Source of the DNA: Flavobacteriaceae bacterium
Lineage (GTDB): Bacteria; Bacteroidota; Bacteroidia; Flavobacteriales; Flavobacteriaceae
Reading direction: 5' to 3'
Length of the DNA: 32,000 nucleotides
NCBI GenBank assembly: GCA_965224465.1
Contig: OZ245049.1
Coordinates: 2,550,001-2,582,000, forward strand
The notes under the pieces were generated by a model. It made no database searches and had not been told where the DNA came from. It saw only the letters and a list, made by a program, of their open reading frames with translations. Below, one piece after another: positions 25,486 to 32,000 of this stretch. Each line of letters starts with the position of its first letter. Within the stretch, counting starts at the first letter, position 1. The translations under genes were made by a program, and so were the position numbers.

Positions 25486-28400
25486 ATGAAAATAATCTTA
25501 ACGCATTCTATCTATGATAGCATCAAATTTAATTTAAAAACAGAACTGACAGCAGTATTAATTCTACTGGCTCTATTCCAACTAAATGCTAATAATGATC
25601 CCTTATCATTAGAAACAGGAAACACTTCCTGTTATAAAGATCTAGCTATTGAAAAAGAACCTAACACAACAGCGCAACAAAGAGCAATAACAGGAACTAT
25701 TACCGACCAATCAGGAAACGTTTTACCTGGGGCTTCCATAGTTGTAAAAGGCACTTCCATTGGTGTTTCTTCAAATTATAACGGTAAGTATCGTATTAAT
25801 ATCCCTACAAACACAAAGGAAATCGTTGTCTCTTTTATAGGTTATCAAACACAAAAGATCACAATAGGAACCAAGACCAATATTAATGTAGTTTTAAAAG
25901 AAAATTCTAATAATTTAGACGAGGTTCTTGTTGTAGGTTATGGATCGAAAGACAGAAAAACTGTTGCTGGTTCAGTTGCTCAGATTTCAGGAGTCGTTCT
26001 TGAAAACCGCCCAATAACCAATGTTATAGACGGTTTACAAGGAGCACTTCCTGGCCTTACAATAACTAGAAGTAGTGGTCGACCAGGAGGTGAAGGCTAC
26101 AATATAAATATTAGGGGGCAATCGTCCTTAAATGGTGGTAATAGCCCCTTAATATTAATTGATGGTATAGAGGGGAATCTTGAGTTATTAGACCCAAATG
26201 ACATTAAGTCTGTAAGTGTTTTAAAAGATGCTTCAGCGTCTATATATGGTACTAGAGCATCGGGAGGTGTCCTGCTAATTATCACTAAAACAGGGAGAAA
26301 AAATCAAGCACCAAAAATTACGTATTCTACGAATTATTCTACCAATGTAATTGCCAACTTAACAGAAAGAGTTAATTTGAGACAATGGATTGAATTAGAC
26401 TGGGAGGCACAAACAACAGGAGGAGGATCACCTATATTTTCTGCTACCAATGCTACCTTAGAAGAAGCTTTAGCAAAAGTAGATAGAGGTGCAGAACCAG
26501 AAGCATTTGGGAATAAAGAATTTTTATTCTATAAAGAGGAAAATTGGGATAAAGCACTTTTTGATAATGGAGAACAGAAAACGCATAACATCTCTGTTAG
26601 GGGAGGAGGAGAACGTTCAGATTATTCTGTGGCTCTTGGTTATACACGTACAGATGGAATTTTAAGAGATGCTTGGGATTCTAGCGAGCGTACAAACATA
26701 AGATTAAATCATGGTTATGAACTTTCAGACCGTTTACGTTTGGAAACAAAAATTAGTTATAATAAAAAAAGAACCCTTGAAGGAGCTTTTGGAGCTAGAT
26801 CTATATTTACAACTAGAAATAAGATCTTCACATGGCACCCTATATTTACTCAGTCAGGAAAAAGTTACACAACGCAATCAGGATTTTCAAACCCAAGACA
26901 ATTAGCTAACAGAGATCAAGGTAAGAGAGTTACAACGGAAGAAAACTTTAAAGGAAACTTTAAATTAAGCTATAAATTAATCGATGGTTTAAAAATCCAT
27001 ACCCAAGTAGGGATCAATAGGGAGTTCTATAATTACAATATATTTCAAGCAGTTAGTAAACGATGGAACTATGATGATACTCCTGCTGGTCATAATAGAA
27101 CAGAGAATCAGCTTACAATTACTTCAGGAGAAAGCACCTATAAAAACCTTACTGCTTACTTAGATTATCACAAAGTGATTGCTGACAAACATAGTATTGC
27201 AGTAATGTTTGGAGGGAGTCATGAAGAAAAAGATTATAACGCGATTGCGGGGCAAAAAAGGAATTTCGCTCAAACAGAAGTCCTTAGTTTAAACTTAGGA
27301 AATGGAGAAGACTTTGTTGGTTCTTCTTCTAGCCATTGGGCTCTAAAATCTCTCTTTTCAAGATTTACATACATATATGATTCAAAATACATTGCTGAAG
27401 CAATCTTCAGAAGAGATGGTACTTCCGTATTTTCTCCTGAAAAACGATGGGGTAATTTTGGAGGTGTCAGCTTAGCTTGGGTGGCGTCAGAAGAAGAATT
27501 CATAAAGAATTTGAATATTTTTGATCACCTAAAACTAAGAGCTTCGGTGGGTACTACTGGTAATCAAAGCTTTGATAAAAATCAGCTTTATGATTATATT
27601 GCTCTTATAGCTATTCAAAACACAGGATATCATTTTGCAAACAATACAGAAGTAATAGCCGCATATGAAAAAGGAATCGTGTCTCAAAGTAGAACATGGG
27701 AAAATCTAAAAACTACCAATTTTGGAGTTGATTATTCTTTTTTAAACTCAAAACTTTCAGGTTCTTTTGATGTTTATAAAAAAGAAAATAAGAACATGCT
27801 GTTAAACGTAAATACACCCGCAGTTATAGGGGGGTCTACACCTAAAAAAAACATAGGGAGCCTAAAAACTACTGGATTTGAATTTTCTTTAAAATGGGCA
27901 GATCAAGTTTCTAATGATTTCAGTTACAGCATAAGTGCTAATTTAAGTGACAACACCAACTTACTGGTAGATTATAACGGTAGAGATGCAATTAGTGCTA
28001 CTAGAGAAGGTTATGCTTTAAATACCTATTGGGGGCTTTCTTGGGATGGAATTATCCAAAATCAGGAAGAATTAGATGAATATAAAAAGATAGGAAATGT
28101 TCCTTCCAATATTGGTATTGGTGATGCTAGATATAAAGATATAAATGGAGATGGTAAACTTTCTACATTTGATGATGACGGTAACGATGCTGATATTATT
28201 AACCTAGGAAACAATCAGGCAAGATATAGCTATGGTTTTAATTTATCTGCCCAATATAAAGGCTTCGATTTTAGTACCTTTATTCAAGGTGTTGGTAAAA
28301 GAACGGTATTTTATAGCGGTAATTTTGCAACTCCATTTTTAGAACCATGGTGGCAACCACTAAAGCGATTTTACGGTAATACATGGACTCCTGAAAATAC

Positions 28401-28701
28401 AGGTGCTAAATACCCAAAACTCACAACAGCAAGCATTAAACGATGGAACTACACAAGATCAGAAAACACTAGAATTAATGCAGCTTACACGAGGCTTAAG
28501 AATATAACATTTGGTTATTCTCTTTCTAAAAGTGCCTTGCAAAAAACGGGACTTAATTCTGTAAGACTTTATCTAAGTGGTGAAAATTTATTTACGATTT
28601 CAAATACCGATGGAGGATATGACCCTGAAAACACAGATTCGAGAGATGATTTTTATCCATATACTAAAAGATATTCTTTAGGGGCAACATTAACGTTTTA
28701 A
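25486..28701 (+). CDS. SusC/RagA-family TonB-dependent outer-membrane transporter
   Basis: 1071 aa. Carboxypeptidase-regulatory-like domain (ITGTITDQSGNVLPGASIVVKG), TonB box/plug (DEVLVVGYGS...), and a beta-barrel ending in ...LGATLTF with a terminal aromatic residue. It is followed directly by SusD. Confidence 0.85.
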   Translation: MKIILTHSIYDSIKFNLKTELTAVLILLALFQLNANNDPLSLETGNTSCYKDLAIEKEPNTTAQQRAITGTITDQSGNVLPGASIVVKGTSIGVSSNYNGKYRINIPTNTKEIVVSFIGYQTQKITIGTKTNINVVLKENSNNLDEVLVVGYGSKDRKTVAGSVAQISGVVLENRPITNVIDGLQGALPGLTITRSSGRPGGEGYNINIRGQSSLNGGNSPLILIDGIEGNLELLDPNDIKSVSVLKDASASIYGTRASGGVLLIITKTGRKNQAPKITYSTNYSTNVIANLTERVNLRQWIELDWEAQTTGGGSPIFSATNATLEEALAKVDRGAEPEAFGNKEFLFYKEENWDKALFDNGEQKTHNISVRGGGERSDYSVALGYTRTDGILRDAWDSSERTNIRLNHGYELSDRLRLETKISYNKKRTLEGAFGARSIFTTRNKIFTWHPIFTQSGKSYTTQSGFSNPRQLANRDQGKRVTTEENFKGNFKLSYKLIDGLKIHTQVGINREFYNYNIFQAVSKRWNYDDTPAGHNRTENQLTITSGESTYKNLTAYLDYHKVIADKHSIAVMFGGSHEEKDYNAIAGQKRNFAQTEVLSLNLGNGEDFVGSSSSHWALKSLFSRFTYIYDSKYIAEAIFRRDGTSVFSPEKRWGNFGGVSLAWVASEEEFIKNLNIFDHLKLRASVGTTGNQSFDKNQLYDYIALIAIQNTGYHFANNTEVIAAYEKGIVSQSRTWENLKTTNFGVDYSFLNSKLSGSFDVYKKENKNMLLNVNTPAVIGGSTPKKNIGSLKTTGFEFSLKWADQVSNDFSYSISANLSDNTNLLVDYNGRDAISATREGYALNTYWGLSWDGIIQNQEELDEYKKIGNVPSNIGIGDARYKDINGDGKLSTFDDDGNDADIINLGNNQARYSYGFNLSAQYKGFDFSTFIQGVGKRTVFYSGNFATPFLEPWWQPLKRFYGNTWTPENTGAKYPKLTTASIKRWNYTRSENTRINAAYTRLKNITFGYSLSKSALQKTGLNSVRLYLSGENLFTISNTDGGYDPENTDSRDDFYPYTKRYSLGATLTF

Positions 28702-28724
28702 AAGAAAATATAAAAATAACAATT

Positions 28725-30368
28725 ATGAAAAATAACAATATAAAATTTTTAGCAATACTTGCTATTTTTACACTGCTATCAAGCTGTGATAAAAGCCTAG
28801 ATCTGGCTCCTACAGATACGGTTTCTGATGCTTCTTTTTGGAAAACAACTAGTGATTTTGAAAAAGCTGCAAATGCTTTTTATACTGGATTAGATACCCA
28901 TAACAACGGATTACGTGATCAAGATTCAGATATTACTGTTGGATATACTTCTAATACACTAAGTAATGGATCTTTGACTCTTGGAGGTGAATTTGGATGG
29001 GGCAGTTATTATAGAACAATTAGAGCAACAACAAAAATAACAGAAAACTATGAAAAGGCAGTAGATATACAATCAGAAACTGCAAGATATGCAGGTGAAG
29101 CTCGCTTTTTTAGAGCAAGATCATATCATCGTTTAGTAAGTAAATTTGGAGGAGTTCCTCTAATCAAAACAGTTTTAGATTTAGATTCTCCAGAACTAGA
29201 CGCCCCAAGAGCCAAAAGAGTTGATGTGGTTGCTTATATATTGGAAGACCTAGATTGGGCCATTAAAAATTTACCCTATCAGAGTGAATTAACATCAAAT
29301 GAAATAGGAAGAGTGACAAAAGGAGCTGCTCTAGCCATGAAATCAAAAGCGCTACTATTTGCAGGAACTTGGGCAAAATATCATGGAACAGGTGGTGAAT
29401 CAGCTTATTTAACTGCCTCGATTGATGCCTCTCAAACACTAATAAATTCGGGAGAGCATCAAATTTATATGGGAGGATCAACAAGTACAGCTTATAGAAA
29501 ATTATTTTTAGAAGAAGGTCAAGGAAGTAAAGAAACTATTTTAGCTAGACGTTTTCAAGAACCCCACTATCATAATTCAACTAGATGGATAATTTCACAC
29601 CATAACTCACCAACTAAACAATTTGCAGATTTATACGTATGTACCGATGGCTTACCTATCAATAAATCCCCCTTATTTAATGGCTATGCTACTATGGCTT
29701 CCGAATTTCAAGACAGAGACCCACGGATGCAACAGACAATTATTGCTCCTGGTTCAGGATTTATTTATAATAATTCAGTACTAGGACCTCCGACTATTGG
29801 AGGTTCATATGGTAGAACAAAATCAGGGTACAGAACGTCTAAATTTATATCAGATAATATAACAGCTCAACAGGGAAGAGGATATTATGATTATATGGAA
29901 CTTCGATATGCCGAGGTTTTATTAAACCATGCAGAGGCATTGTTTGAAAAGAATGGGAGTATTCCTGACGGTCAACTTAATAATAGTATCAATAAACTAA
30001 GAGCTAGAGTAGGATTGACTTTTTTAACGAATGCCTTAGTAACTGACAATGGTTTGGATATGCTTGAGGAGATTCGTAGAGAAAGAACAATTGAATTAAT
30101 CTATGAAGGGTTTAGATACGACGATTTAAGAAGATGGAAACAAGCAGAAAATATGCTTCCAGTACATTTAAGAGGAGTGAAATTTACAGGTACAGAGTAT
30201 AGCAACAGCCCTCCTAATCAAGGTAAAAACATACCTGTAGATGCTGATGGTTTTGTTATTGCCGATAATAAAGACCACAGGTCTTGGGATCAAAAATTAT
30301 ATTTATTCCCTATACCTACGAGTCAAATTAAATTAAATTCGAACCTTACCCAAAACCCTGGTTGGTAG
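28725..30368 (+). CDS. SusD/RagB-family nutrient-binding outer-membrane lipoprotein
   Basis: Lipoprotein signal ...LLSSCDK. It has RagB/SusD hallmarks (ARFFRARSYHRLVSKFGGVPLI, RYAEVLLNHAEA, RRERTIELIYEGFRYDDLRRW). Confidence 0.85.
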   Translation: MKNNNIKFLAILAIFTLLSSCDKSLDLAPTDTVSDASFWKTTSDFEKAANAFYTGLDTHNNGLRDQDSDITVGYTSNTLSNGSLTLGGEFGWGSYYRTIRATTKITENYEKAVDIQSETARYAGEARFFRARSYHRLVSKFGGVPLIKTVLDLDSPELDAPRAKRVDVVAYILEDLDWAIKNLPYQSELTSNEIGRVTKGAALAMKSKALLFAGTWAKYHGTGGESAYLTASIDASQTLINSGEHQIYMGGSTSTAYRKLFLEEGQGSKETILARRFQEPHYHNSTRWIISHHNSPTKQFADLYVCTDGLPINKSPLFNGYATMASEFQDRDPRMQQTIIAPGSGFIYNNSVLGPPTIGGSYGRTKSGYRTSKFISDNITAQQGRGYYDYMELRYAEVLLNHAEALFEKNGSIPDGQLNNSINKLRARVGLTFLTNALVTDNGLDMLEEIRRERTIELIYEGFRYDDLRRWKQAENMLPVHLRGVKFTGTEYSNSPPNQGKNIPVDADGFVIADNKDHRSWDQKLYLFPIPTSQIKLNSNLTQNPGW

Positions 30369-30520
30369 TATTTATTGGTATTCATGTATGAATCAATACC
30401 GCTTCTTATAATAACGAGGGACGCTTCCAAAGGAACATTTTCTGTTTCTAAGATTAAGTTCCTAGGAATTAAGCATTATAGATATTAAAAAGCCCCCCAA
30501 TAAAAGTGTGAATTTTTAAC

Positions 30521-30562
30521 CCAAGTGATTTATTTAACCTTAAATCACTTGGTTTATTTTTT
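30521..30562 (+). terminator. Rho-independent terminator after susD
   Basis: Perfect 12-bp stem CCAAGTGATTTA (30521-30532) / TAAATCACTTGG (30541-30552) with an 8-nt loop, followed by TTTATTTTTT. Confidence 0.7.
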
Positions 30563-30648
30563 CAATATTAGAATAAATTCCATTAACACAAGAAAACAAC
30601 AAGCAGCGTTAGTCATTCATTATTTCTATACCCTAAAAAATTGATTTC

Positions 30649-31950
30649 ATGCAACAAACATTTATCAAAACAATCGAAGTTAAAGACATCCGATTCCCTA
30701 CAAGTAAAACTCTTGACGGATCAGATGCTATGAACCCAGCCCCTGATTATTCCGCCGCCTATGTAATTATAAAAACCAATCACCCAGACCAGCTAGAAGG
30801 TCATGGACTTACTTTTACTATAGGTAGAGGAAACGAATTATGTGTCGCAGCCATCAAGTCCTTATCCTATTTAATTATAGGAAAAACATTGGAATCCTTT
30901 ACAAAAGATATGGGTGCTTTTTGGAAAATGATTACTGGAGACAGCCAACTTAGATGGTTAGGTCCCGAAAAGGGAATTATTCACTTAGCCACAGGCGCTA
31001 TTGTAAACGCAGTTTGGGACTTATATGCCAAGACAGAAAAGAAACCATTATGGAAACTTCTTGCGGACATGTCACCAGAAGCATTGGTCAAATGCGTTGA
31101 TTTTACATACATTACAGATGTCATTAACCCCAAAGAAGCTATTGAATTGTTAGAAAAACATGCCGATTCGAAACAAGAACGCATCGATAGTTTATTTAAA
31201 AATGGATACCAAGCATATACAACCTCCGCGGGTTGGTTAGGGTATTCTGACGCTAAAATGCGTAGGCTGTGTAAAGAAGCAAAAGAAGCGGGATTTAAAC
31301 ACATGAAAATAAAAGTAGGTTTAGACTTACAAGATGACATGCGAAGAACTGCAATAATCCGTGAAGAAATTGGAGACAAACTAGGTCTAATGATGGATGC
31401 CAATCAAATATGGGACGTAGATGAAGCCATCGAAAATATGGCAGCATTGGCAACATTTAATCCTTTATGGATTGAAGAGCCTACAAGCCCTGACGATATT
31501 TTAGGGCATGCAAAAATAGCCAAAGCCGTAGCCCCTATAAAAGTAGCAACTGGAGAACATTGTCATAATAGAGTCATGTTTAAACAACTAATGCAAGCTG
31601 GATCGATAGAAATTTGTCAGATAGATAGTTGTCGCGTAGGTGGTGTAAATGAAATTTTAGCCATACTTTTAATGGCAGCTAAATTTAAAATCCCCGTATG
31701 CCCTCATGCAGGAGGTGTTGGACTTTGTGAATATGTACAGCATTTATCAATGATTGATTTTATTGCTATTAGTGGATCAACCGAGGGGAGAATAATTGAA
31801 TACGTAGATCATTTACACGATCATTTTATAGACCCTGTAGTGATAAAAAACGGAGCCTATATGCCTCCTACAGCAGCAGGATATAGTATTACAATGAAAG
31901 AAAAATCCTTAAAAGACTATGAATTTCCACATGGAAAGGTCTGGAAATAA
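30649..31950 (+). CDS. fucD: L-fuconate dehydratase (enolase superfamily, mandelate racemase subgroup)
   Basis: 433 aa. The N-terminal IRFPTSKTLDGSDAMNPAPDYSAAYV block is, from memory, characteristic of FucD/ENOSF1-type enzymes. Metal ligands follow in MR-like order (MMDANQ, WIEEPT, ATGEH). Confidence 0.75.
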   Translation: MQQTFIKTIEVKDIRFPTSKTLDGSDAMNPAPDYSAAYVIIKTNHPDQLEGHGLTFTIGRGNELCVAAIKSLSYLIIGKTLESFTKDMGAFWKMITGDSQLRWLGPEKGIIHLATGAIVNAVWDLYAKTEKKPLWKLLADMSPEALVKCVDFTYITDVINPKEAIELLEKHADSKQERIDSLFKNGYQAYTTSAGWLGYSDAKMRRLCKEAKEAGFKHMKIKVGLDLQDDMRRTAIIREEIGDKLGLMMDANQIWDVDEAIENMAALATFNPLWIEEPTSPDDILGHAKIAKAVAPIKVATGEHCHNRVMFKQLMQAGSIEICQIDSCRVGGVNEILAILLMAAKFKIPVCPHAGGVGLCEYVQHLSMIDFIAISGSTEGRIIEYVDHLHDHFIDPVVIKNGAYMPPTAAGYSITMKEKSLKDYEFPHGKVWK

Positions 31951-31957
31951 AATAAAT

Positions 31958-32000
31958 ATGAAAAAAATAATATTAATATTAGCTTTGATTGTTTTTACTC
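31958..32000 (+). CDS. Start of an ORF with a signal-peptide-like N-terminus (MKKIILILALIVFT...), truncated by the window end
   Basis: An ATG at 31958 lies 8 nt after the fucD stop. Only 14 codons are visible. Confidence 0.3.
   Translation, partial: MKKIILILALIVFT

Noticed and set aside
30981-31403. A 140-aa antisense ORF inside fucD. Similar antisense ORFs occur at 1738-1959, 2883-3065, 3864-4061, 9724-9942, 10541-10735/14649-14843, 11875-12078, 13952-14149, 16365-16565, 16675-16902, 18783-19154, 20197-20529, 21880-22140, 23995-24228, 26097-26285, 26711-26905, 27270-27503 and 29263-29484.
   Set aside because: All lie within, mostly antisense to, much longer ORFs that carry clear family motifs. 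Their translations are low-complexity or Cys/Ser/Phe-rich with no recognisable domains, as expected for chance ORFs.

Overview
The window is AT-rich and looks like a Bacteroidota chromosome, probably Flavobacteriia. Evidence: SusC/SusD pair, lipoprotein signals, no Shine-Dalgarno dependence, and a Bacteroidetes-style GG-leader peptide. It has three parts.

(1) Positions 1-15367 hold a RiPP-type biosynthetic locus, the most interesting content. It has a split LanB-type dehydratase (glutamylation protein plus a separate SpaB_C elimination protein) and no LanC cyclase in the window. Three small double-glycine-leader precursor genes are absent from the ORF track. Two are tandem Lys/Glu-rich paralogs on the minus strand and one is Asp/Gly-rich on the plus strand; none has Cys in its core. 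The locus also encodes a JmjC/cupin-like oxygenase, a TPR-membrane-AraC regulator and an S9 prolyl oligopeptidase lipoprotein. Its C39-peptidase ABC exporter and HlyD adaptor are each split by an identical, inverted copy of the same ~1125-bp IS30-family element.

(2) Positions 15.6-23.6 kb carry housekeeping and accessory genes: a VOC protein, a MarR-GNAT fusion with palindromic operators, a GNAT, a BNR/Asp-box repeat protein, ChaN, Xaa-Pro aminopeptidase and a thioredoxin-like lipoprotein.

(3) Positions 23.8-32 kb are a PUL-like segment: an AraC regulator, SusC/SusD and L-fuconate dehydratase.

A four-member intergenic repeat family and a degenerate four-helix-bundle cassette flanked by ATTACGAA repeats are also present. 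All family calls come from motif recognition by eye; no database search was run.
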